Shown: positions 25,791 to 39,663 of the stretch, in pieces | Layout: the number at the start of each line of letters is the position of its first letter | Numbering within the stretch: position 1 is the stretch's first letter | NCBI GenBank assembly: GCA_965644295.1 | Contig: CBFFRP010000281.1 | Span: forward strand, 248,001 to 312,000 | Length of the DNA: 64,000 nt | From: Paraphysomonas bandaiensis | Taxonomy: Eukaryota; Protista; Chrysophyceae | Direction: 5' to 3' | Notes under the pieces: generated by a model | Seen by the model: only the letters and a program-made list of their open reading frames with translations | What the model was told of the DNA's origin: nothing | The model's database searches: none | Made by a program: the position numbers and the translations under genes

Positions 25791-27490
25791 TCCTCCCATT
25801 AAACTTTTGCGGACGTTACTAAAATGGCAGCTGAACCTACTAAATTTTGCATGCATTCCTACTAAATTGAGAAGTTCGATCAATTCTACTAAATATAAAT
25901 ACGGCCCAACTTTCATTTTCAGTTCAGTTGGAAAACAAAATGGCACTTTGTAGTTTAGTAGGAACAAATGGAAAATTCAGTAGGTGGAAAAATGACACTA
26001 CGATCGTGCAGCAGTAATATTAAAACCGGACATTCCACTGGAGTTAGATTTAAACTTGAATTATTGCACACAACATACTTCCATAAAATGAATAACACAT
26101 CCTTATTTACCTAAGAAATTTATATCACACTCATGTACATCTGTTCTCATTAACAACTGCGTATCATATGCCCACCATTCAGTGCCATATCCAAATGTAC
26201 TTATATAGACATATACAAGTAACTGAATTTACTACTCTGTGTAACTATATTCACCCTTTACTAATACGGATTGGTTTCACCTGCACATTATAAACTCCCT
26301 CTAATTGTATAACGAACCACATACAGCAGACCTCAACAAGTAAAGCAAGCTGATGAGTGCCTAAAATACTTACGTTATGAATGAAATACGGCAATAGAGC
26401 CGTCTGAGGTGTTGTATTGGAGTGTGTGTTCATGTATACATGCTACAGGACACCACTCCAGTCCTCACTTCATCAGGTATACAATGATAGTACAGAGATC
26501 CCTCTAGTGTTACCCCTTCTAGTGTTCATTGATTGAGTATAGTAGTCATGTTATGTTACTAACGATATGGTCATGTGTATAGCTATGTGTGTGTATATAT
26601 CTGTATAGTGACTGATTATTCGCATGTATGTATATGTATATGGTGTGTATGTGTCGGTTGCTGTAGATAGCAGTAGTGTGATATATATCAAGAGTTTTCC
26701 CGTATATAATCAATGGGATTGATACAGTATGTATGTATATGTATATGAGATCTATATACGGGCTACACGACAAATGTTGATTTCATCCCTTTCATAGAGC
26801 AAAGAAAAGAAGTATGCTATGGAAGTGTTGGAGTCAGAAGGTCAGTTGAACCATTAAATATCAGTAGAAACTGCAGCATGGATATGCAGCACTCCTGCTC
26901 AATGCATGTACAGCAGGTACAGCAGTATATATAAGGGATAATTTTTTGCTGGAAAACAAAAAATCATTATAAAATTCCAGGAATTATTGATTTCTAGTTA
27001 TATTCTCCGGGTTTTTAGTTATATAAGCCAATCAAAATCGTTTCCACGAGTTCAATTGGTGAATATTGACTATACTACTGAAGTTGGGTTATGAAGTCTT
27101 TCTTTCATTTCACTTTATATTTACTGCCGTAACGTTACTTCACTTCACTTCTGGTTTGGTATTGAGAGAAGTGATATCTAGATATCTGATATTAGATATC
27201 ACTGTTATTATGCTAATATATCCACACATTCATATAAAAAAACGAGATATCAATAATTTAATGAAAGAGAACAAAAAAAAAGAATATCTCACTTCACTCA
27301 CTTCATTCACTTCATTCACTTCTTTTGACTTCATTTTTGAATAATGTTTATTGTATTACTTACTATGTATATGTATATATAATACTAGAGATAAGGGTTT
27401 AGAATAGACGATAGTGTTCATACAATACTGTCCACTTAACACTATGGATTGTTATTAAGTACCAACCAGTTCATCAGATTCGATATAATC

Positions 27491-29712
27491 ATGGCACAAA
27501 CATCAACAATCCCACAAATGATTACTCGTAATCAATCATTAGTATTAGTAAAGAATATGTTTCGTTTAACTGTAAGTTCCATCTGTTATCTTAGAGGTAT
27601 ATTTCCAAGTGAATGCTTCTCATCACGTGATTATGCTGGAGTTCAAGTACATCAACTTGAATGTGCAGAGAAAGATAAAGATGGAAAGGTTCATATATAT
27701 ATATATACATGATAATGTTAATATTGGATCACTATAGATTATAGTTAAGTATCGTGATGCCTTTTTACTTACACAGTGGTTGGAATGTGGTGTATTTGAT
27801 GCACTAGAGAAATCCTATCTTAAATCTCTTACATTTGCTGTATACTCCACTCCAAATTTATCCACAGATGATTCAAATGATACTTTGATTGAAACGTATC
27901 AATTTACAGTCGAATACAGTGATGCACAAGTCAAATTGAATGGTCTTGCAATGAATAGGGACAACCTTAAAAAACAAGCAGTCACTTTCATTCGTTGTCT
28001 TATTGAATTCACAAGTACACTGGATGAACTTCCTGAGAATCGATATCTAACCTTAAAAATTCAATATTACGATGACACAACCCCATGGGATTATGAACCA
28101 AAGTATTTTACTTCTGCACCTCCTGATATTCTCAAATTTTCCTCCAAGCCATCCAAACTGAAAATAGGAAAACTCAATACACCTTATCATAAGCTTCAGC
28201 TCAAGTTTGCGGGTGTTGACAGTTTGATGCAAGACCCCGTTTGTCAAATGCACTCTATCTATAACGAGCCCATTTCAAAGAAGGAGGATAAGGAAGTTTC
28301 GGGTTCAAAAGAATGTGCAGCTTCCAATGAGAGTAATATTTCTGATAATGATCTAGTGAAGAGCCCTAAATCTCCACCTCGCCCTGTAAATGAGTCAGAG
28401 GATGCAGAAACAGTATCTGCACTAGACAAGTTGAGTCACAGCATGTCAAACCTAATGGATGGTCAAGTTAAAAAAGATGTGGAAAACGTCAGGGAGAGCA
28501 GTCCCATACTGACAGTATATGATAGAGTGAAGAAATATATGTGAGATCTGATTTCCAACCTTCATGATGTCCATATAGCATAGTGTTATCTTATTATATA
28601 ATCTGCACCGCTATGTTATATTGAATATAGTTTGCTATCATGAGAATATATAGTGACATTTATTTACTGTATATTATGTGTTTTTGAAGTCTTTGTGATG
28701 CTGTACTAGTAACGATGTAAACTTGTAGGACTTCTACCGGAAAAGCCACAGTTCGAAATTGTGCTTCTGACCTAGCTATCAATGCTAGTGAAGTTAGAGC
28801 CATATTCAATACACTTGTCAAAGGTACTTCACTTTCTTACATTAGTTTTGTGTACACTTTTCTTGAAAATTGTTTCATTTGTATTGAGAATCATTGTTGT
28901 CTATTGTAATAGAAGGCACCCTCAAGTATACCAAGAGGTTTTTCGAACATACGCCTCTCCCCACTCCCTACACAGCAGTATCTCCAACTCCCCCACAAAA
29001 TTCCTTAAATGAGAGCACAATGGAGTGCTCTGATCAGAGTATTTTTACTAGCAGTCCAGGAAAGCCTCATAAACTAAGGCATCAGAATCCCACCGAAAAC
29101 AAAATCGGCACAGTGGAAGAAAAGAGTGTTTCTAAACTTAGCCCTAGGAAACTGGAATTCAAGGAGGTACATTTTTATAGGTTTAGGACACTGTAATGTA
29201 ATGTATGCTGTATTACTTGTTGATTTACCTCGTCGTAGTACATGCATAGTCTCTCACAGTCTTTGACATAGTCTTCGAAACCAGCCATAATGATATTTTG
29301 TGGTGCAGCTGTTGTGTGGTGTCAGTAGATGAGGGTGTTTATATGAATTTACAAGGCGTAGTGCTTGGATGAGAAGATTTTGATGGTTAATATTTTGAAT
29401 TAGGCCCACAAACGTGCAAAGCCTCCAGAGAGTGTTTCTGATAACGACACGTCGTGCGGTGACAACAAACAGCCTCCATTAAAGATACAGAAAAGCTCTC
29501 ACACAGAGGAGGTTGATACTGCACATGTGTGACTCTTTTTTTGTATCTACATACATACTATTTTTGTGCTTGTATCAGTATGAATATTCCATATACCAAT
29601 AATGTCTCTTGTACTATAGCACTGGTATATTTCTCAGGACTCTGGGCCTACATCGAAATCGAAATGCAGCATAATTAAGGACCCATTGTACCAAGTATCC
29701 AAACAGAATTGA
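27491..29712 (+). CDS. HOP1: Meiotic HORMA-domain protein HOP1/ASY1/HORMAD (multi-exon)
   Basis: QSLVLVKNMFRLTVSSICYLRGIFPSECF, WLECGVFDALEKSYLK, IETYQF and LKIQYYDDTTPWDYEPKYF. Disordered tail ends KCSIIKDPLYQ, a closure-motif-like sequence. Confidence 0.9.
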
Positions 29713-30620
29713 CGCTGTGAGAACCTCAAGTCTTAATTGGTATGTGCATCAACTATATATATCGCAAATAAATCTTATTCTATACTTTATATTTGAGCTG
29801 GTCATTTGACTGATGATTGCAGATTATTGTATAAAATCACTGTTCGAATTAGTAGTGCTAGAGTTGTGCATTGATGCTGCCGGGATATATATAGTCAGTG
29901 TACTGGATTGGTACATATTCAGCGCAAAGTTTGGTTTAGCAACGTTAGCGGCTTTGAGTAAATGAGGAAATGAGATTATTATAATATAATATATATCATG
30001 AAGCCAAAAACAGCTCAATATAAAGCCGGATAATGTAACTGAATTCAGGAAGTACTGTCTGTATCGCGATGGCTAATGACGGAATATGTCATACTAATTA
30101 TGGATATCGAAATTGCTCTGTGGATTGCGAAAACAAAATAATAGATATAGTACATTACGAGCATCTGTAGCTCAAATCTTCGCAATTACGAGAATATTTA
30201 GATAATATATAATAATATCTTGAAAGAGATATTTGAATTATGACCTTTAGTTGTAAACGGTATTACAACATGTTAAGAATGATATGATATGAGTGATACA
30301 TGATACAGTACACTGACTGTGTAAAATCTAAACTATCTAAGATATGATAATATTCTATGGTAATAGTAACGATAAAGAAGGTGGCGTTAATCATTATTTT
30401 AATTAATTGATTATGTATTATGTATGTTGAGTTCTGCTATATATGAGAGCAATTGAAAGCTGTAGCTATGAGATATTTAAATTACAGTAGTATACAATTG
30501 TAGATTTGTTAATGAGAGAATGTATGTGCACGTACTAATGTCAATACAGTGCCAGTCTTTTTTGTTCTTGTATAATCATTGTACTAGCTAATCGAGTATC
30601 ATGCTACAGATAGTTTGACA

Positions 30621-30735
30621 CAGGGCCTGGTAACCATTAATGGTAATGGCATTAATGATAATGCCATTATAATTGCCGGGACTTGTTTTTATAATTGCCG
30701 TGAACTGGACTACCATTAATGGTTATCAGGCCCTG
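30621..30735. mobile_element. 115-bp hAT-type MITE
   Basis: TIR CAGGGCCTGGTAACCATTAATGGTA / TACCATTAATGGTTATCAGGCCCTG (1 mismatch). Perfect 8-bp TSD GTTTGACA on both sides. Confidence 0.93.
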
Positions 30736-31101
30736 GTTTGACAGTAATATTGAATTAATTATGAATGACAAAACTCAGTGAAGTTCTAACCAGAGAAAGG
30801 AAATACTATGTAGTAGTAAAGATGTTATTAAATTGGTAGATTGTAGATTGTACTATGTATCTATTAGAATTGGCTATACGATATATTTATGTGCTATATA
30901 TAATATATATGTACATTCAATATAAAGGTCAAGTGCATCGCCTATTTCAAAAACACTTGTGTGAACTATATTTACCAGCATACCTATTTTCTGATTTACT
31001 TATTTCACCCCATTCATATAAAATGTATATCCTACACATCCAATAGTTGCGGTAAAGCTAAGTCACTCTTCTAAGGTCTGCCTGATGCCATAACACACGA
31101 T

Positions 31102-32268
31102 TTAACTGCAACCAGTTCGCATGTGATGTGGTAAATGCTCTTGTGACACAAACATTTCGCCCCCATCGTCCCTACATTCTATGTTATACTTTGCATGGTG
31201 CTCGTCGCACAAAAGCGATGTGACAGCTGTGTGTCCAACCATTGGAAGATGTCGTCCGCTGAGCGCATGAACGAGATAGTTCACACACCCGCCGTGTGTA
31301 ACTAGTACAAGCGTCTTGCCATCATGTTGGGGCTGCCTAACAATACGCCAGATGGTTTCTGCACATCGATTGTACCAATCATCTTTCTCAATAGGGCGGC
31401 CAGGATAAGATTCTCCGGGGGCAAACTGAGGGCTCTTAACAGACTGGTATTTTAAGTCAATACGGTGTGAGACACACATGAGATCTGCAGCGTTGAGATG
31501 CCACGGAGTACGGCAAACTTTGTTTTGTGCCATCCACATCGCCCCTTCAGCCAGACCATATTCGACTTTTAGTTGAGGCATCCTTGAAGTATCTTGTGCA
31601 ATAGCAAAGTGCGCTGTGTGGACGGTCCTTACAAATGGAGATACGAAGAAGCCAGCGACTTCATCTCTCCATTCCTGACCTGCCAACCAATTTCCTAAAT
31701 GCATTGATTGTTCGATCCCTAGTTCACTCAATGGAGAATCTTGTGGGCGTTCAGCAAGATCGCTCCACTCTTTACAGACTTCATCAAGTCGTTGAGCATG
31801 TCTTATGAAAACAAGCCGCTTAGCAAGTGGGAGCACTGGAGCAATCTGGGAAGGAATACAATCAGATTTGTGAAGAGATTTAATCCGATCAAAAACTGCA
31901 TTAAAACTTGTTTCTATATAAACCCCACTATCTATAAGTTCACTTGGAACTTCAGTTGTATGTTTCAGATGTAATAATATAATATCAGTGTTAGGTCGTA
32001 TGAATGAGGCAATCTGAGATGATGACAGTGACATGTAATCCCCATTATATGACCATGACCATACATTATCTGCATAACTAAAATCTTCTGTATGTTGTAT
32101 TACAAGTATAGAATTCATATGATCATTAATATGATGGAATGGTATATCTAACGTACATAAATCTGTATAATGTAGATGAGTTTCATGACCATCATGATGT
32201 AATTGTTTTAATAATGGTATAATATCACGTGAACGTGTTTCATGAGCGATCCATATTACTTTAACCAT
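31102..32268 (-). CDS. Histidine phosphatase (phosphoglycerate mutase-like) family protein
   Basis: LVFIRHAQRLD, DSPLSELG, FVSPFVRTVHTA, VEYGLAE and LVLVTHGG. Intronless. Confidence 0.88.
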   Translation of the reverse strand: MVKVIWIAHETRSRDIIPLLKQLHHDGHETHLHYTDLCTLDIPFHHINDHMNSILVIQHTEDFSYADNVWSWSYNGDYMSLSSSQIASFIRPNTDIILLHLKHTTEVPSELIDSGVYIETSFNAVFDRIKSLHKSDCIPSQIAPVLPLAKRLVFIRHAQRLDEVCKEWSDLAERPQDSPLSELGIEQSMHLGNWLAGQEWRDEVAGFFVSPFVRTVHTAHFAIAQDTSRMPQLKVEYGLAEGAMWMAQNKVCRTPWHLNAADLMCVSHRIDLKYQSVKSPQFAPGESYPGRPIEKDDWYNRCAETIWRIVRQPQHDGKTLVLVTHGGCVNYLVHALSGRHLPMVGHTAVTSLLCDEHHAKYNIECRDDGGEMFVSQEHLPHHMRTGCS

Positions 32269-32385
32269 TGTTAATTAATGATATATTGTATATGATAATG
32301 GGATTAATAGGAAGAGACTTGTGTGGTGCCGTGGTAGAGTATATAGTTATGAACTAATCCTACTATGTAGCTGTAGGCTCATACG

Positions 32386-32535
32386 TATCGGGGCAGTTAG
32401 CATCTTATTTTTCGGAAATAAATTGATGTAAAATTCTTCTATATTACTGTAATACAACTACGGCTGGAATACACATAATTGTTGTCTCAATAATAGAGGC
32501 ATCATTGAACAAAAATATACAAAGGATGCCAAGTA
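32386..32535 (+). mobile_element. MITE family M1 copy
   Basis: Aligns with 7848-7995. Confidence 0.8.
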
Positions 32536-33005
32536 TAGATAGTATGAGTAGGTATGTGGACGTGTGTACATGTGCTATAGTAGGTAGATAGCTATAGGAA
32601 GATCCTCGTATAATTCAAAAATCGAATAATACTAATAGAATACCTGGAATACACACGTCGTAGTCCACAACTCAGAGGTACATATACTGCTGTACCTATC
32701 TACTTTAGCAACAGTACATGCTGACGTATGTAGAGTATAGAGGAGTATACTTTCCATACACACATAGCGGGTGGACGGGTGGACACAGTAGAATGGAGTA
32801 TGTAGTCTGTATACAGCAGCACTCTATGAGGATATTATGGTGTACATAGCATACAACTCTGCTGTCCATGTACATGTACCATAACACTGTAACATATACA
32901 TATATATGAAACCAAGCAAAGTACTCACTAAACAGTATCATTAACAAATCACATACTTCCCTGATCTCATAACCTTATTAAATACTTTATCATCTACTCA
33001 TTCTC

Positions 33006-34326
33006 ATGGAAATTATTGATAACAATCAACCATTTACTTTAAGCTACATGAGGTTTAATCCTGATACATATGAGATCGACTTATCATCTAAAGTCGACAA
33101 GGCTATACATGATATAGGATATAATGATCTACCATCACTAGAGATTATACCATCAGATAAAAAACATTATCGTCATAGATGTAGATTTGCTATTAGTTTA
33201 GAGGGGAAGATCTCATATGTTATGTGGGAGAATGGTATGCCAAGTGTACGAGTTCAGTCATATCCATTGGGCTCTGTATATATAAACGCTGCAATGGATC
33301 CACTTTTAAGATATTTAGAAGACTGTTCTACTCTGTCACAGAGTCTATGTGCTGTACATTTCTTGAGTACCACCCTTGGCGATTTGTCTATTACTTTGGT
33401 ATATGGGGCGCCTCTGCCGAATGAATGGAAGCCTTGTGCAGAAGAAATGTTTACAAAGCTGTCGCAAGAACTGAAAAGACTTGAGAACCTTTCTTGCAAC
33501 CTAGTTGGTATCGTGGGTCGTAGCCGCAAAATCAAATGTGTTATAGGCGAGGAAGATGTATCTGAAGAGCTGACCCTGTCAGATGGCCGATCACTGCTGT
33601 ACAAACAAGTACCAGATGGATTTAGTAATCCCAACCCGGTTGTAAATGCCCGTGCACTCTCGTGGCTCTGTGAAGTGGTAGGAAGCATTTCTCAACTTTC
33701 AGCAAATAATGAGGACTCATGTGACCTACTGGAGTTATACTGCGGAAATGGAAATCACACTGTTGCACTTGCAGGTACAGTGTGCTCCTTTTCTGCTCTT
33801 GGCTCTGTTAATTTCACTTTCTCTTTTTGTTCAATTTGGCACACTTAGGGTTTGTCAGACGAATAATGGCGGTTGAAATTAACCGGTCTTTATGCCGAGC
33901 TGCCGAGGAAAATTTAACACTGAATGGAGTAAATAACGCTACCGTCTTGGCTTGTGACTCTGCAAAGGTGGCGGAGAGAATCCTCAAACGTCGGAAATAT
34001 GTGGACGATAAATCAGGCGAGTATGACTTTGGAGGAGTCTTAGTGGATCCTCCCAGGTGTGGGCTTGACCCCGTCACCAGGCGGCTTATATCCAACTATC
34101 CAGACATCGTGTACGTATCATGCAACCCTGAAGCGTTAGGTAGAGATATGAAAGAGGTTGGTGGAGTTAAAATTATTCTTGCGATTGTAACTGACTTCTA
34201 TTTCTATTACAGCTTCTAGTGACACACGATTTAAAAAAGATAGCTATATTTGATCAATTTGCTTATACCCCTCATCTGGAGTGTGCGGTTCACTTGTCCC
34301 GTAGAGATACTGCTGATGGTAGATAG
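33006..34326 (+). CDS. trmA: tRNA (uracil-5)-methyltransferase, TrmA type, 3 exons (33006-33774, 33849-34156, 34213-34326)
   Basis: HYRHRCRF, FSNPN, LLELYCGNGNHT, VLVDPPRCGLD, YVSCNP and FDQFAYTPHLE. Confidence 0.9.
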
Positions 34327-34874
34327 TGATGTCCAGGTCTATAGTTGTATATATATGGTTCATAGTTATATCATATATGCATAAGATAATTATCGTTTAT
34401 GTAAATTATGACAGTCATGTGCGCTGTAAATTGTAAATACTGTTGCTGTTGGATCACCCCTTTGACATGTGGATAATAGTTAATAGTTAATACCTTTTTT
34501 TGTCATTTAGTGCTGCTGACACATGATATTATCATCTTTCCATATATTGTATCTTCTGAAAATGTTTGTGGTCACACACTAAATATTTGATTTACTTTTC
34601 TTCATTCTATATTGGTTTATTTATCGAAAACAGATTTCGGTATTTGTCAGCAGAGTATTAAAGGTAGTACGCACCATGATCACAAGTTTAAAAATCCACG
34701 CAACAACAAGTCAGAGGCTACACTAAAAACTACGAATATTGGAGCCATAATAATGTTGATCACAACCATTTGAGCCAGTCAACAATCATTGTGCATGACA
34801 CTAACCATTCAACACCACCATCTGATTTGTCGACCAACGAAAACCGTCACGTATAAGTGACAAAAACAATCTCT

Positions 34875-36436
34875 TCACTCATACTCTGGATCAAATCCAA
34901 CCACAAACGAAGTGCGCTGCAATTGTTGCTTAAGTTTCTTAGCATTGGCAATGGATTGCATGATATCATCGTTTGAACTACTGGACACTCCCTCCTGGGC
35001 TCTACACATCCCAACACATTAAATCGGAAATGTCAAGTACATAAGATGTAATAAAACATATAATAACATTTAGCACCATGCGTGATGTCTAACGGCAGTG
35101 CGCATGCTGATAACTATAAACGGGCTTCATGGGGTACCTATGTGTGTTGCTCTTGTACTCTGGCTTGTCATCTCCAAGGGAAAAATGACACTTACGTGTT
35201 TCGTCAATAACCTTTCGGAGTTCAGCCTTGCGATCCCCTACATATATATTTCCATTAGGCACATATACAAAGCCCAAACTAAAATAACGTTATTGTAATC
35301 TAATACAGCAATAGCAGCGTGTATATATATTACTCCTGCACTACTAGTTCAACTGTAATACAATAATCTGTAGTACATATATGCTACGACTGTTGTTGCT
35401 CACGCACCATGGTTGTAGCAGTCCGGGGGGAGGCTTTTATAACCCCTTCTGTAGTCTGATGTGTAATCTACTTTATCATCGCCCATGGATATTTGGTGCC
35501 TTCGGAGGTGAGTTTTCAGAGCGGAAACTTCGTCTTTCATCTTGCTGAAGTCATTCGTGTTTCCATGATAGCACATCGCATCCTACATGCAATTTAAAGG
35601 GCCAGTGTCAACACAAGTTGTATTCAACAAGTTCCATATGAATTGATACCACATAGTACATCCAAACCAAGACGTATACATATCCACATACCAAGACAAT
35701 TCCACATACCTGTGCAACAGATTTATAATCGGGTTTTTCGGACCCGAAGTCAATTGAACTCTTCTGAGCTGGGATTGAGACAGTGGGTTTGGTTTTACTC
35801 AGTTGCCCAGCTACAACAAAGTTACATATATTTGGGTAAAGGAAATGGAGCTCATGCCGGTTAATATAAATCACCAGCGGTGGGATTGTGTGACAAAAGC
35901 AAGTAGTACTTACCTTCCGCAGCAGCCCGGAGTCCTGCTTTGGCTGTTGTTTCGTAGTCCACTTTCTCATCACCCAATGAAAAATTAGCTCGCGTTAATT
36001 GAGCCTGTATACAGTACATACAGTACAAAAATTATTGAGCATACCTGTATAACAGCAGTACACTGGGCTACAACACAATATAAGATATATTACCTTCATA
36101 TCCTTATTTCTCATAGTCTGTGATCGACGTTCTTCAATATCAAAACCATGTGCTACATTCTTTTGTTGACTATGTGTATCACTTAAATATTCTACCTGTA
36201 TAAGATATTGTCATTCATATAAGAATATATGCATTATATATAACAGTTACACTTACAGAATCATTCCCAAATAGTATTGAAGTTTTTGTATTTGCTAATT
36301 TACGATTTTTTAAATCTGATATCATCTTTGCTCTATCATAACCACCAATTTTAGAGGCTACCTCTTCCATAGCAGAGGATGTGGTTGTAATCCATCTCTT
36401 ACTCTTAGTACGAGGAGATTGTTGATTAGATGCCAT
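34875..36436 (-). CDS. Repeat protein resembling axonemal microtubule-inner proteins (multi-exon)
   Basis: Recurring ~35-40 aa units ending in [S/H]-x-x-[FLM]G-x-[DE]-x-x-[DE]Y-x-[ST]: SILFGNDSVEY, NFSLGDEKVDYETT, SIDFGSEKPDYKS, ISMGDDKVDYTS and HFSLGDDKPEYKS. Confidence 0.6.
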
Positions 36437-37080
36437 GAGATTATTACAGAATATATAGATGTTTGAGTAAGATGGATAAATAAATATGAAGATGAGAATT
36501 CTTATACAAGATTTAGGTTCAATATATAGTGATATGATGAGCTTAGAGCTCTATATGTATATGTACATGTACATGTACATGTGTATGTATGTATGTATGT
36601 ATGTACACTGTATGTATGTATGGATAGAGAGGGAGTGGGAGTTGTATTTTTGTTCTATTTATTTCATCAAACCTTCTTGAACAACTCGAAACCACCACTT
36701 TATATATATATATGGCATAATCCCTCTGTATATTATGGCTATACAAACACCGTGTTACACTATTCACTGCATAATATTCGTAATTTTCTGTATAAAGGGT
36801 GGTGGAAATCATGGGTTTTTATATCGCTATTTTCTATAAAAGCGACAGATGCATGTGGGAGGATGATGCAACCCTCACTCCAACCTTACATGGTGGTGTG
36901 GCTGAGGCACCAATGGACAAGGGGTGATGCAAATATCCTTAAAGATTCGACGCTTTCTTAAGACTTCGTGATGTCTCAAGTAGTTGATAACCAATACATG
37001 TAGGTATACGAAATTATTTCTAGCACTAAGATAAGCACAGTTCAGAGAAACAATCTCCAAAGTAATTGTAATATCCCTCA

Positions 37081-37530
37081 ACAAAGCCGGATTCGCACCT
37101 TTTCGTGTTGTTCTGGGGGATAAGTACCAGAGATTATATAGTCAGCCGATATTGTTCCCCCATACAAAGTCAAATGTTTGAGTGGTGCAAGGGACACAAA
37201 CTTATTTGTTAGCGACTTTGGGCCTTGACGAATAATCAGGCATCCGGGAATGGGTCTACCTCAAGGGCATCCGGGAAAGAGTGCACCTGAAGCGTATCCA
37301 GGGTACTGGGCTGGCTACGGAAGTCATGCATTCGGGATGTTCACCTTAAGAACTCTGAAATCCTGAAGTCAGAAGATGTCAGATATATCAACATTATGCT
37401 TGCTCATTGCATTTTCTTGAGCGATTGATAGCAAGGACGGTTGCATCTTGGTGCTTGTGGCGACGCATAGATAGCTCTCGTAGCTTTTAATAGGGGAATA
37501 TTAGCTTAGATATTTACTAGACTATTTCAA
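37081..37530 (+). repeat. Dispersed repeat family R3, copy 2
   Basis: Reverse-complement homologue of 901-1326 and 42489-42916. Confidence 0.8.
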
Positions 37531-39663
37531 TTTAGTTGCCTCCTTGCTTACATTCAATAAAATGATAGTATCCATTGTCACGATAGCCTCGCTGATTACC
37601 TAACATAGTACTTTTGTAATCGATTGCTTTGGAGTCAGTTATAATTGGTGACACAGAAACTGTACAACATCAGCAGAGGGGGTATATAGTACATATGTAT
37701 ATATGCTGATAGAACAATAGTATTGACAAAGCCGGATACTGCCTGGCAAAGTTATACTGAATAGTAAAACATCGGAAAGGAAAAGCAAAATCTAAACTAA
37801 TCAAGTTCTTTGCAAGAGCACATGAAAGTTAAATCAGACTATAGGTAAAATTTTCATAGGTTTTGAACGACAGAAGATACTTATCCTGTCAAATAGTTTT
37901 CTCTCTGTGTTTGGAGACGTCGAAAGTTGTATTCTAATATGCCTCACATAATGCGACAATATATTTAAATTTAACTATATATTTTTCCGTCAACTCTAGA
38001 AGTATCTTATGCGACGACTGTCAAAACTGAATAATATGTAATATATTGAAGGTAACCTTGAACTTGAATTTATCCATAAAAGAATTGTAGTTATTAATCT
38101 TATTGTCAATTCTTAATATATAAATATCTTATATACACATATGAGGAACTGATTTTGGGATCACCTATTGCACATTATATATCTAACTTCAATTGCACAA
38201 TATATATCGTATCATACAGCAGTAATCAATACTAGCAGCAGTATTTGTACTCGGTAATAATCAAAAACGGCAATGTTTGAAGCACCCCTATATCGAGTAA
38301 TATAAAGAAAGTAATGCAAGATGTAGTAGCTTTCTAGCCGTCAAAGTACATGCAATTGTAGAAACTAGGTAAGTGATCATTTGATATCTTTAATAAGAAT
38401 TCTCCTTCACAGGTCAGATAGAGTGAAATAATATCCTCTTTAATCAGTTCACCACATCGCAATACCTACAAGCGCTCCCGTATAGAAAACTACAATTACA
38501 CCGTCTGTCACTTTCATATCACAGAATGCATGCATTTCTCTGAAATACTGCAAATATTCCACATTCATGACACACCGACCAAAAACTAATACTGTGGATA
38601 CTATATGCTTGAGTCACATCGTAAATATAGCATATAATACACACTATTGTGTTAGAAGTAGGAGTCACAATGAGACCTTTGAATCCTAATCCTGTGAATA
38701 ATCTCAAACTGGCATTTGATCACAAAAATTCATTGTGGATTTCCACATAAACTAGCAGCAAAGAGGTGGTTGTGGTATTCAACTGGTCAGGAGATCGACT
38801 TACCAAATGAAATTAGTGGGAAATTGACGCTGATATTATGAACTCCATGACTCTATTCTTCGATCAAGCAGCTAGAAAAGATAGACCAACTGAAAAGAAA
38901 TACCATTTTGAATGGAGGATAAGTCCTTTAGCTTCTACATGCACTTATGTGGGCAAATATAAACCCGAAAGGGGTATGAAGTAGAACACCACTGGTGTAT
39001 ATGTCAAGATTCATTGCACAACTGATTTCATGTAATGTAATAAATAAGTTAGTATAATATCATATTATATATAGATAGGCAGAAGATATGATATAGTTGA
39101 ATAGATATGCATGTAGCTCATTTGATTGTTAACTGGAAATAATTTTGAAAATTTGATATGAATATTTGGTGTAAAAATTCTTCCGTTTAAGTAATAATTT
39201 CAACCGTTGGGGAATATCCCTTAATGCAAATATTTCATGTTCTATTGACGACTCAACCGTCATATTATGGTCGTATGTATAGAGATCTACACATCTCCAA
39301 ATTTTGCATGGTATACCGAGGCAGTTGAGAGGGATACACAAAAGAATGTTCTATTGGTTTCAAAATAGAAAATCATTTGATTTGATTGGTTTATAAACTA
39401 TTTTCAGTTTTGCTATAGTGTCTATTCAAGATTACAAGAAATTTGGAGGTGGAAATAACAAGATTCCATACAAAATAAATCTTGCAAGATGCAGGCAGAT
39501 GCGACTGGTGACTATATATAGACATTACCACACTATCTACATCACCTTAAAACCCTTCTAAACAACTACAATATCATACTATTTTATTAAGTAGTATAAT
39601 AAAACTTTGCTTTACCATTTCATTTTTGGTATATTTGCGAAGTAAATTTTGAGATATATAATC

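Noticed and set aside
8411-29712. ATPase-nuclease plus HORMA protein as a CBASS-like HORMA/TRIP13 system
   Set aside because: The genes are 17 kb apart with unrelated genes between. The HORMA protein is an intron-rich HOP1 type, the ATPase is not TRIP13-like, and no CD-NTase is present.
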